A stretch of DNA of 64,000 nucleotides from an uncultured Gammaproteobacteria bacterium (GCA_963764725.1 CAVXTM010000010.1:128001-192000), one strand, 5' to 3'. Shown: positions 1-7,835, counted from the stretch's first letter. The notes: generated from the letters alone by a model not told the origin. Translations and numbers: made by a program.

Positions 1-332
1 GTCGCGCACTCCAAGGCATCATCAGAGACTTCTGGGGCATAAAGAAAAATCGCCTGATAGACGAAATTAACGAACTCAAAGGCAAGGTCGATCAACCAAC
101 TTGGGATGCCATAGATGCTGTGCGTAGCATCGGCAATATCGGCGCTCATATGGAGAAAGACATCAACCTAATCGTGGATGTCGAGCCCAAAGAAGCGGAG
201 CTTCTAATAGGTCTAATCGAGATCCTACTAAAGGATTGGTACATAGCAAGGTATGAGAGGCAACAGCATTTGCAGAGCATAGTTGCTGTGGCGCAAGCTA
301 AGAAACAAGTAAAGAATGAAAGCGAAAACTAA
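1..332 (+). CDS. DUF4145-family protein, 5' end outside window (cassette)
   Basis: Open frame from position 3: RALQGIIRDFWGIKK...WDAIDAVRSIGNIGAHMEKDINLI. Confidence 0.75.
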   Translation, partial: RALQGIIRDFWGIKKNRLIDEINELKGKVDQPTWDAIDAVRSIGNIGAHMEKDINLIVDVEPKEAELLIGLIEILLKDWYIARYERQQHLQSIVAVAQAKKQVKNESEN

Positions 333-455
333 CCACGGGTTCCAGGCGACGTCGGCGCTAGCGCTGCGCTTGTGGCTTCGCCCCTATGACTCGGTCGGAA
401 AGCTGCGCTTTCCTCCCCCGTCAAGGGGCGCCGCTCAACTCGCGCTCCGTTAGGT
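327..455 (+). repeat. attC site
   Basis: AACTAAC overlapping the stop codon ... GTTAGGT; right arm gcgccgctcaactcgcgctccgtt shared with the site at 5306-5379. Confidence 0.8.
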
Positions 456-470
456 CTCTTGGAGAACTCG

Positions 471-968
471 ATGACCAACAACCTCGCAAGCATAAAACTT
501 GGTCTTGCATTAGTAATGCTTGGGTTGCTCGTCGGAATTGGTCTTGGCATAACGTTTGGGGTCAACGAGGCTTTTTTTGAAGCGTATGTGGCTCAAGGGA
601 TTGCTGCGCACCCAGAGGTTCATGATGGGAAAAGCCCTGAAAAGATATGGCGCTATGCGCAACGAGCGCATTTTCACGCCACAGGAATAGCCGCTTTTTC
701 TATTGGCTTATTGCTGCTTGTTTCGGCGTCTACCCTCAAGCAACGATTCAAGACAATCACAGCAGTATTTATTGGCCTTGGCGGCCTTTACCCGCTCGCT
801 TGGCTCACTATGTTTATTGTTGCGCCGTCTATAGGCAGAGACGCGGCACATGCACACCCAATGACAGAACTGCTTACCTATATTGGTGTAGGTGGACTGC
901 TGCTTGGCATAGCTATCTTGCTTGCCAATCTATATCTTGGGTTGTTCAGTGAGCCAAACGACACCTAA
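471..968 (+). CDS. Hypothetical multi-pass membrane protein (cassette)
   Basis: GGAG RBS at 461, four hydrophobic segments, RAHFH motif. Confidence 0.8.
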   Translation: MTNNLASIKLGLALVMLGLLVGIGLGITFGVNEAFFEAYVAQGIAAHPEVHDGKSPEKIWRYAQRAHFHATGIAAFSIGLLLLVSASTLKQRFKTITAVFIGLGGLYPLAWLTMFIVAPSIGRDAAHAHPMTELLTYIGVGGLLLGIAILLANLYLGLFSEPNDT

Positions 969-1011
969 CTTTTCACTCCAGGCGACGCTATCGTCGCGCC
1001 CGGCGTTGGGC
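963..1011 (+). repeat. Short (49 bp), probably deleted attC site
   Basis: ACCTAAC ... gcgacg ctat cgtcgc ... GTTGGGC; right L arm appears to be missing. Confidence 0.65.
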
Positions 1012-1028
1012 ATCAAAGGAGGCGGCAA

Positions 1029-1790
1029 ATGGATATCCGCAATAAGAGATTTCTCATAACAGGTTCATCAAGTGGTATCGGCGCAGCTACTGCTACATAC
1101 GCCGCAAGCAAAGGGGCTGAAGTTATCTTGGTTGCCCGCTCTGAAGACAAATTGAAAAGAATCTGTCAAGAAATTCGTGATTCAGGTGGCACTGCCAATT
1201 ATTACACTGCGGACTTATCAGATTTGGTCGGTGTTCGTGATGTTGCTGCTCGGATTCAGGAGAAGGAGGGCACACCCGACATTATTATGAACAATGCAGG
1301 TTCAGGTCAGTGGAAATATGCTCAAGAAACCACTCCCAAGGAAGCCTCTTCGATGATGGCCGTTCCCTATTTGGCTGCTTTTGCAATGACCCATGCTTTT
1401 CTCCCCCAACTGATTGAGAGAAAGGGGGGCGTGATAATAAACATAACTTCAGTGGCAGCTTATATGGTTTGGCCAGGCGCCGCCAGTTATATTTCAGCGC
1501 GGTGGGCGATGCGCGGATTTAGCGATGCCCTCCGCGCAGAACTCAAACCTCACGGCGTAGATGTAATATTGGTTGCTTTTGCGAAAGTGGCCAGTGAATA
1601 TTGGGCACACAATCCTGGAAGCGAGAAGAATATACCTGAACGTCAGTCAATGATCCCAGTGCTGTCTCCCGAGACCGCAGCTAAACACATTGTATCTGGT
1701 ATTGAACAAGACAAGCAGCAAGTTATAGAACCATGGCGGCTTCGCTTAATTCTTGCTCTATCTCGAATCTTTCCAGGAATGGTGAAGTGA
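1029..1790 (+). CDS. Short-chain dehydrogenase/reductase (cassette)
   Basis: TGSSSGIG and NNAG motifs; YISAR in place of the catalytic YxxxK. Confidence 0.9.
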   Translation: MDIRNKRFLITGSSSGIGAATATYAASKGAEVILVARSEDKLKRICQEIRDSGGTANYYTADLSDLVGVRDVAARIQEKEGTPDIIMNNAGSGQWKYAQETTPKEASSMMAVPYLAAFAMTHAFLPQLIERKGGVIINITSVAAYMVWPGAASYISARWAMRGFSDALRAELKPHGVDVILVAFAKVASEYWAHNPGSEKNIPERQSMIPVLSPETAAKHIVSGIEQDKQQVIEPWRLRLILALSRIFPGMVK

Positions 1791-1795
1791 ATATT

Positions 1796-1866
1796 GCCCA
1801 ACAAGGCGCTGCACCGGATGGCGATTCCGCTGCGCTTCATCGCCACCGGTGAGCGTGTCGTTGGTC
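1796..1866 (+). repeat. attC site
   Basis: GCCCAAC aaggcgctgcaccggatggcgat...atcgccaccggtgagcgtgtc GTTGGTC; R'' complements the upstream core GTTGGGC. Confidence 0.9.
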
Positions 1867-1971
1867 GGCGCGCAGCGCCTGCGCCCTGGTCCATCGTCGC
1901 GGAATGGCCGCTATCGGCAGCATCAGCGTTGGTAGGATGCCGGCGTAGCCTAGCCTGGCCTGGAAAATTTC

Positions 1972-2562
1972 ATGCACCCGCTTTCGATCTTCTTTCTCGG
2001 CATCGCGATGTCAACCGATGCTTTTGCCGCGGCCGTCGGCAAGGGCGCCGCCATGCACAAGCCGCGCTTTTCTGAGGCGCTGCGCGCGGGCGTTATTTTC
2101 GGCACCATCGAGGGTGTAACCCCCGTCATTGGATGGCTATTAGGTCTGGCAGCGGCAAAGCACATCAGCGCGTGGGACCACTGGATCGCCTTCACTCTGC
2201 TGGGCCTTCTCGGCCTGCACATGATCTATGCCGGCTTCAAACCAGAAAGCGACGGGGGCGCTACTGATACCGCCAAAGGCAGACATGGCTTCTGGAGCCT
2301 AGCCGCCACCGGCCTTGCCACCAGTATCGACGCGATGGCGGTAGGTGTCGGCCTCGCATTTCTCGACGTGAACATTGGCGTCGTTGCGGTGGTTATTGGC
2401 CTGACGACGCTCGTGATGGTGACACTCGGCATCATGCTCGGCCGCATCCTAGGTAGTCTCACCGGAAAGCGTGCGGAGATCATCGGTGGCTTCCTGCTGA
2501 TCGCGATCGGTGCCACGATTCTGTACGAGCACCTATCTGCTCAGAATCGGAGTGTGCTTTGA
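1972..2562 (+). CDS. mntP: Manganese efflux pump MntP (cassette copy 1)
   Basis: [40 protein letters not shown] motifs. Confidence 0.93.
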   Translation: MHPLSIFFLGIAMSTDAFAAAVGKGAAMHKPRFSEALRAGVIFGTIEGVTPVIGWLLGLAAAKHISAWDHWIAFTLLGLLGLHMIYAGFKPESDGGATDTAKGRHGFWSLAATGLATSIDAMAVGVGLAFLDVNIGVVAVVIGLTTLVMVTLGIMLGRILGSLTGKRAEIIGGFLLIAIGATILYEHLSAQNRSVL

Positions 2563-2597
2563 GTTGGAAGCGGGCTAACAGAAGCTATGCAGATGCC

Positions 2598-2654
2598 GCA
2601 TAACCAGTAAGGATTGAGACGACCATGGATGGTCGTTTCAATCCAATGTTCAAG
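2598..2654. repeat. attC-like hybrid hairpin at the element junction
   Basis: GCATAAC cagtaa GGATTGAGACGACCAT gg ATGGTCGTTTCAATCC aat GTTCAAG; 16-bp stem with one mismatch. Confidence 0.75.
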
Positions 2655-2912
2655 AAGCCCGGTGTTGGGTGGGTTCTTTATTAAGGGGATTGCTTCGGTG
2701 AAGGGTGGGTGATGTGGTGGCTATGGGAATCGGGAGCTGGAGATAGCCGCAGTAGAGGGCGATCGGATCTGGGTGTTGGGTATCGTAATCGGATTTAGGG
2801 ACCTGTTAATAATGCCTTTCAGGGTGCGAATTAGGGGTCGCAGGCAAAGGGAGGCCGTGACCCGAAGAAAACACTGGGCGGTGCGGCGCGAGCGTTTGCA
2901 AGTTGCTATGGG

Positions 2913-4088
2913 CTACACATGGGCTGGGGATCGTGTCGAGCCGGGTGGTCTGAGGTTTGTGGGCATCCATGGGCGGCGGATGCGCCGTGAGCTATGGAAG
3001 CGGAGTCGTCCCCCGCAGGCCTGGCAGGTCGGTTGTGGCCGGGGTGGCAGTTCGACCTCCGGTACGGTCACGGTGAAGCCAAAGGCCAATTCGACTTTGG
3101 CCTTGAGATCTGCGATGGGCACCTTGGCGGTGGGCGACAGGAAGCCATAGTAGCGGACTCTGCATCCTCGGCGCGCCAAGCAGGGCCAATCCCTGGCCCT
3201 GGCTCTCATGAACCCGGTAGGCAAGACGTGCTGGAGGAAACGGCGGATGAACTCCAAGGCGTCGAGGGTCAGGGTCCGCAACCGAGCGCTGCCGGTTTTT
3301 TTGTAGGAGAAGGAGACCCGTCCGTCCTCGACCTTGAGGATGCGGTGATCCGAGATAGCCACCTTGAAGACGTAGGGAGCGAGATAGGCGATCGAAGCCT
3401 CGGCACGGGGTACGGCCTGGCAGTTGACGTTCCAGTCCTGCAGCCAGGTCTCCGAGGGGATCTGATCGAGCAGTCCGGCGGTGTGCATGAGATCGCGGAA
3501 CTTGCCGCGGAACAGCCGTGAGAGGGCTTTCACGGGCAAGAAGAAGGCGAGGCTTGAAGCATGCCAGGCGCCATCCTCAGCGGAAAGCGCCCCGCCCGGC
3601 ACGACGTAATGGATGTGTGGGTGATACTGCAGTTGCCGGCCCCAGGTGTGAAGCACGCCGAAGAAACCGGCTTGGTCGGCGTTGAGGAAGCGCGGATCGC
3701 GCACCAGCGTCTTGATGGCTTGAGAGGATGCCTGGAACAGTGCATCGTAGCCCAGTTGCTGGTGGCTACGCAGAAACGCGCGCAGGGGCTCGGGAACGGT
3801 GAAGGTGAGCATAAAGTGGTGGCCTGGCAGCTGGCGTTGGAGCTGTCGCTCGAGCCACTGCTGGGACTTGCGGTGTTGGCAGCCGGGGCAATGACGATTG
3901 CCGCAGGCGGCCGGAACGAGATGGTGATGGCCGCAGTCATCGCACTGATAGCAGACTGAGCCATAGGTCTCGGTGCGGCATTGACAGATGGCCTCGATGG
4001 TCTTTTTGTGCTCTCTGGGCATGGATTGTTCGTAGTGCTGGAGATATCCAGGGCCGTAGGTGCGGAAGATGTCATTGATGATGCCCAT
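2913..4088 (-). CDS. IS91-family (Y2/HUH) transposase
   Basis: Zn-binding CGNRHCPGC, LHTWG..YHPHIH (HUH), YLAPY (YxxxY), RFLQHVLP. Confidence 0.93.
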   Translation of the reverse strand: MGIINDIFRTYGPGYLQHYEQSMPREHKKTIEAICQCRTETYGSVCYQCDDCGHHHLVPAACGNRHCPGCQHRKSQQWLERQLQRQLPGHHFMLTFTVPEPLRAFLRSHQQLGYDALFQASSQAIKTLVRDPRFLNADQAGFFGVLHTWGRQLQYHPHIHYVVPGGALSAEDGAWHASSLAFFLPVKALSRLFRGKFRDLMHTAGLLDQIPSETWLQDWNVNCQAVPRAEASIAYLAPYVFKVAISDHRILKVEDGRVSFSYKKTGSARLRTLTLDALEFIRRFLQHVLPTGFMRARARDWPCLARRGCRVRYYGFLSPTAKVPIADLKAKVELAFGFTVTVPEVELPPRPQPTCQACGGRLRFHSSRRIRRPWMPTNLRPPGSTRSPAHV

Positions 4089-4089
4089 C

Positions 4090-4962
4090 TCAGAGTCCCT
4101 CCATCACCTGGTTGATGAGGGCCGAGGCGTTTTCCTGACCGGTCTGGGTCAGGTGCAGGTAGATCATGGTGGTTTCAAGACTGCTGTGGCCGAGGTAACG
4201 TTGGATGGTGCGGATATTGACGCCCGCTTCCAGGAGGTGTGTGGCATAGGAGTGCCTGAGAGAATGCACGCAGGCTTCTCGGGCTCGGATCTGGGCTGCG
4301 AACTTGGCGCGCCGGAAGGCGCCCTGCACCGAGCTTTTAGCCATGGGATGGTCAGCCGAGCGTGCGGACTTCGCATTACGCCCCATCGCCGGAAAGAGAA
4401 GTCTCGGGTTGCGGTGTGAAGCCCAGTGTTTGCGCAGGATGAGGAGGGTTGCTTGGGGCAGCGGGAGGAGGCGATCCTTGGAGCCTTTCCCGCGGTGGAT
4501 GTGCAACATCATGCGCTGGCTATCAATATCCCCCACCTCCAGATGCTGGGCTTCCTGCAAGCGCAGACCGCAAGCATAGACGGTGGCGAGGAAGGCGTAG
4601 TTATGCGGGGTGCGTACGCAGCCCAGGAGTCGGCGGACTTCTTCACGGCTGAGCACCGTGGGCAACTGTTGCTCGCGTTGAGCATGGATAAGCTTGAGCG
4701 TGTGCCAGTCGCGATGCAGGACATGCTCGAAGAAAAACCGCAGCCCGCTGTAGCAGATCCGCAAGGTCGCGGGTGACCAACGATCGACGTTACGCCGGTG
4801 GAGAAAATAGCGCTGCAGATCGTCCTCGGTGATCTGATCCGGGGTTTTATGGTAGAACTCAACAAGCATGCGCACGGCGCGGGTGTAAGCTTCTTGGGTG
4901 CGTTCGCCTTTACCGTTGAGCTGAAGGGCATTGATTGACTTCTGATACCAATCTTTCATCAT
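4090..4962 (-). CDS. Tyrosine recombinase with N-terminal SAM-like domain
   Basis: YACGLRLQE, GKGSKDR, HSLRHSYATHLLE, LGHSSLETTMIY; lacks the IntI-specific insertion. Confidence 0.93.
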   Translation of the reverse strand: MMKDWYQKSINALQLNGKGERTQEAYTRAVRMLVEFYHKTPDQITEDDLQRYFLHRRNVDRWSPATLRICYSGLRFFFEHVLHRDWHTLKLIHAQREQQLPTVLSREEVRRLLGCVRTPHNYAFLATVYACGLRLQEAQHLEVGDIDSQRMMLHIHRGKGSKDRLLPLPQATLLILRKHWASHRNPRLLFPAMGRNAKSARSADHPMAKSSVQGAFRRAKFAAQIRAREACVHSLRHSYATHLLEAGVNIRTIQRYLGHSSLETTMIYLHLTQTGQENASALINQVMEGL

Positions 4963-5126
4963 GGCCGTTCTCCTGTCATGGGGATGGGATGTCCGGAACC
5001 TTCCGCGGACCTCCGACAGGAAAACAGAGTTGACGTGAGGGCTAAAGGGCGACGGCCGATCAACCGCCGGCAAACCGAATTGCGACAGCCAACCTCAATG
5101 AACCGAATCTGCCGCGTAGCGGCTTA

Positions 5127-5205
5127 CTTGAACATCCGCATGCACCTGACCGGATACAGCGCGCTTCGCCCGCTTTCGCCGGCAGGTGATGCGAGGTCGT
5201 TGGTC
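5127..5205 (+). repeat. attC site (body from the mntP cassette, R'' supplied by the element end)
   Basis: CTTGAAC atccgcatgcacctgaccgg...ccggcaggtgatgcgaggtc GTTGGTC. Confidence 0.85.
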
Positions 5206-5305
5206 GGCGCGCAGCGCCGGGGCCACGGCTTTTAGAACGGGAGATGAGCGTGGATAGGACACAGGCCCTTGATAACCGCGATCGCGACGGCGCTAAGCGC
5301 GCGCC

Positions 5306-5379
5306 AACCAACGGAGCGCGCGTTGTCTCACGTCAAGTGGTCCGGCGCTGGGCGCCGCTCAACTCGCGCTCCGTTGGGG
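5306..5379 (+). repeat. attC site closing a short cassette with no convincing ORF
   Basis: AACCAAC ggagcgcgcgttg ... caactcgcgctcc GTTGGGG. Confidence 0.75.
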
Positions 5380-5383
5380 CCAT

Positions 5384-5425
5384 CCATATCTCCGTATGGC
5401 TTTTTGTATGGGCTAGTGCTACTCT
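5384..5425 (+). promoter_or_regulatory. Putative promoter/operator of the TA cassette
   Basis: CCATAT/GTATGG inverted pair, a second GTATGG, and extended -10-like TGCTACTCT just before the ATG. Confidence 0.45.
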
Positions 5426-5431
5426 GCGCTC

Positions 5432-5722
5432 ATGGCAAAAACTCGCTTTGATTGGGACCCCGACAAGGACACAGAGAATCAGGGAAAGCACGGAGTCTCC
5501 TTCTCCCGCGCCCAATACGCTTTTGCGGACCCGCAGCGCGTGATTGCCAAGGACGAGACACACAGCCAGACCGAAGAGCGGTTCTATTGCTTTGGCGAGG
5601 TTGATGGTGGTGTGCTCACGGTGCGGTTCACTTACCGCGCTTCGGTTATTCGAATCATCGGCGCCGGTTATTGGCGCAAAGGAAAGGCGATCTATGAGCG
5701 CGAAAATCAAATACACCGATGA
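5432..5722 (+). CDS. brnT: BrnT-family toxin
   Basis: FDWDPDKDTENQGKHGVSF...EERF...VRFTYR..IRIIGA. Confidence 0.92.
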   Translation: MAKTRFDWDPDKDTENQGKHGVSFSRAQYAFADPQRVIAKDETHSQTEERFYCFGEVDGGVLTVRFTYRASVIRIIGAGYWRKGKAIYERENQIHR

Positions 5723-5975
5723 ACCCCTTGGCAAGGTTCAGGTGGTTCCTGACTTCCTCCCTTCGCCGGCCGAATTGGCATTTCGTGAGGAAGGCGTGAA
5801 AGTAACTCTGGCTCTGAGCAAGAAGAGTATCGAGTTCTTCAAATCGGAGGCTACAAAGCATCACACTCAGTACCAACGCATGATTCGGCGGCTTCTCGAC
5901 GCTTATGTTGATGGCCAAACCCCAACCCGGCAGTCCACACGGACGCTGCGCGGAAAAGCCGCGCAGCGCCGGTGA
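5694..5975 (+). CDS. BrnA/CopG-like antitoxin; its stop codon lies inside the attC
   Basis: Overlaps the toxin 3' end; KVTLALSKKSIEFFK...QYQRMIRRLLDAY. Confidence 0.85.
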   Translation: MSAKIKYTDEPLGKVQVVPDFLPSPAELAFREEGVKVTLALSKKSIEFFKSEATKHHTQYQRMIRRLLDAYVDGQTPTRQSTRTLRGKAAQRR

Positions 5976-6511
5976 CTTCTACGTGTGTGCCGGGCATGGC
6001 ACGAAGCGAGTCGGGTGAAAGTCCCGATACCAGGTATTTGCAGAGCCGAAGGTTAGGAGAAGGGCAAGGGCGTCATCGCGAGGTGGGGTCTGAAGGAAGT
6101 CCAATCCAAAGTCGTACACGAGGCTACGTTGTGGCAGAGCTGAGAGAAGACGTACTTGGTTGGAAAGCGTACTTCGGTGTCGCTCAAGTGCTGAGCCCTC
6201 TGCGCGATGTCAACAAATGGATACGACGCAATGGAAGCAATGGAGACGAGCGGGTTATCGGGAACTGCGACGACGCGGTGTCACCGTGCGCGAAGCATGG
6301 AACCTGAGCAAGTCGGCGCATGGACCGTGGCGCCTCTCCAAGACCCCGGCGCTCACGCTGGCTCTGCCGGCGCGGTACTTCAGCGGTTTGGGACTGCCGA
6401 GTCTGGCAGCGAGCTAGGAATATGTTTCATCGAACCGCCGTGTACGTGATCCGTATGTGCGGTTGTGTGGGAGGGGCGGGGCCGCGAGGCCTCCCCCTAT
6501 CCTGATTAGGT
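5920..6511 (+). repeat. attC site interrupted in R' by a group II intron
   Basis: CCCCAAC ... gctgcgcgg aaaag ccgcgcagc ... ctacGT | intron | TAGGT rebuilds GTTAGGT. Confidence 0.85.
5985..6506 (+). mobile_element. Group IIC intron, internally deleted (RT domain lost, maturase remnant kept)
   Basis: 5' GTGTGCCGGGCATGGCAC; domain V/VI GAACCGCCGTGTACG...GTGTGGGAGGGG...CCTATCCTGAT; remnants GWKAYF, WIRR, WKQW, GPWRLSK. Confidence 0.9.
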
Positions 6512-6519
6512 TCGATCGG

Positions 6520-7041
6520 ATGCATCTCGCCTCTGTCAACGCGAAGCGGTTTATTGAAGGTTACTCCCTGGTCATGCTGGAGATCGCAGGGGGAGGATGG
6601 CGTCGCGCAAACGGGAGCATTCTCCCGTTCCTGGCGAAGGGTCGGGCGAAGTTCCTGAAGGATCCGACACTTCTCGACAAAGCGATCCATGCCCTTCAGC
6701 TGCGGTCAGCTGAACCGGACCCCGAAGTCCTTTCTGCACTGCGCGGACTTGATACGCGTCAGTGGATCTATCTTCGTGACACGAAGACGTATTCCATCTT
6801 TCTCGATCCATCCAAGGAACAGGCGTATGGTGTGCTGGGGCTCACGGAACGCATTCGAAACATCGTGGGTGGTTCCGGAGTCGTTCTCGAAACAGGCCTC
6901 GTGCACTATTGCGGCCGGATAGTGTGCGATGGCGTGGTTTCTCAAATGACGTGGCTCGGGTCGAGCTACAGGCAGAGCTTCAATGAGAAGCTCCGGATAC
7001 TGAAGGCGGGAGGGAGGTTCCATGCGAAAGTCGATGCCTAA
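6520..7041 (+). CDS. Hypothetical protein (cassette)
   Basis: ATG just after the core site, stop inside R'' GCCTAAC. Confidence 0.75.
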   Translation: MHLASVNAKRFIEGYSLVMLEIAGGGWRRANGSILPFLAKGRAKFLKDPTLLDKAIHALQLRSAEPDPEVLSALRGLDTRQWIYLRDTKTYSIFLDPSKEQAYGVLGLTERIRNIVGGSGVVLETGLVHYCGRIVCDGVVSQMTWLGSSYRQSFNEKLRILKAGGRFHAKVDA

Positions 7042-7129
7042 CCCAGGGCTCGAGGAGCGCCGAACAGCGTCGCTGTTCGGTACCCTCGTCGCTCCGCTCC
7101 TCGACGCCCCCTCAGCCCTCATGTTTGAG
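7036..7129 (+). repeat. attC site
   Basis: GCCTAAC ccagggctcgaggagcg ... ctcagccctcat GTTTGAG. Confidence 0.75.
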
Positions 7130-7166
7130 CGGCGCGCACAATGTCATGCAATCGTAGGAGAGTTAT

Positions 7167-7835
7167 ATGAGGAAACTCATTGCGTCCACATTTACATCAC
7201 TGGACGGTGTCATGCAGGGACCAGGAGGACCGACCGAAGATCCAACCGGAAAGTTCACGTTAGGTGGTTGGTTGTTCGCTTTCGGGGACGCAGGGATGGA
7301 TCTTTCTGCGGCAGGTTTCGATGGTAAAGATCGAGAGCTTGTACTGGGTCGCAAAACCTACGAAATATTCGAGGCATATTGGCCTGACCAACCAGAGGAT
7401 GATCCGATTGCGAGGACGCTCAATGCGGCAAAAAAGCATGTGGCGTCCCGCACTTTGAAGTCATTGCAATGGAACAATTCGTCGGTACTTGGCGGTGACA
7501 TCGTTTCAGCCATAACCGCGCTCAAGGTTCAGCCCGGACACGACCTTCAAATCATTGGCAGCGGCAATCTGATTCAGACGCTACAAGCCGCATCGCTCAT
7601 TGACGAATACAACGTATGGACGTACCCGGTAGTTCTTGGCCGTGGAAAGCGATTGTTTGAAAATGGTGCAAGGCCATGTGCACTGCGACTCGTGGCTTCG
7701 AAGGTTTCAACAACTGGCGTTGTGATGAGCACCTATGTTCCAGCCGGAGATATTCCGCTTGGCTCGCTTAGCCAGGCCGAGCCAAGCGCGAAAGAATTGA
7801 CCCGGCGCGTCAAGATGGCTACAGATGCGACGTGA
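7167..7835 (+). CDS. Dihydrofolate reductase/RibD C-terminal family protein (cassette)
   Basis: SLDGVMQGPGG, LGRKTYE, GSGNL, IDEY, PVVLGRGKRLF. Confidence 0.9.
   Translation: MRKLIASTFTSLDGVMQGPGGPTEDPTGKFTLGGWLFAFGDAGMDLSAAGFDGKDRELVLGRKTYEIFEAYWPDQPEDDPIARTLNAAKKHVASRTLKSLQWNNSSVLGGDIVSAITALKVQPGHDLQIIGSGNLIQTLQAASLIDEYNVWTYPVVLGRGKRLFENGARPCALRLVASKVSTTGVVMSTYVPAGDIPLGSLSQAEPSAKELTRRVKMATDAT

Larger units (their letters stand above)
2605..5133 (-). mobile_element. IS91-family element with tyrosine recombinase, inserted in attC R'' (copy 1)
   Basis: Two-gene unit bounded by AAC on both sides; removing it rebuilds GCATAAC-atccgcatgcacctg...caggtgatgcg...GTT. Confidence 0.85.

Noticed and set aside
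2572-2579. GGGCTAAC as the R'' box of the mntP cassette
   Set aside because: GCATAAC at 2598 has 15-bp complementarity to the cassette core GTTATGCGGCATCTG at 7914 and fits much better.
4090-4962. Tyrosine recombinase as the integron integrase IntI
   Set aside because: It lacks the IntI-specific insertion, has no attI next to it, is tightly coupled to the IS91 transposase and occurs twice inside the array.
4963-5073. 37-aa N-terminal extension of recombinase copy 1
   Set aside because: It is absent in copy 2, and the RBS lies just before MMKDW.
6457-6519. ORF start inside the intron 3' end
   Set aside because: This sequence is intron domain V/VI; the cassette ATG at 6520 is more plausible.
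7167-7835. Trimethoprim-resistance dfr cassette
   Set aside because: Length and motifs match the RibD-C/DHFR-like family rather than DfrA or DfrB.
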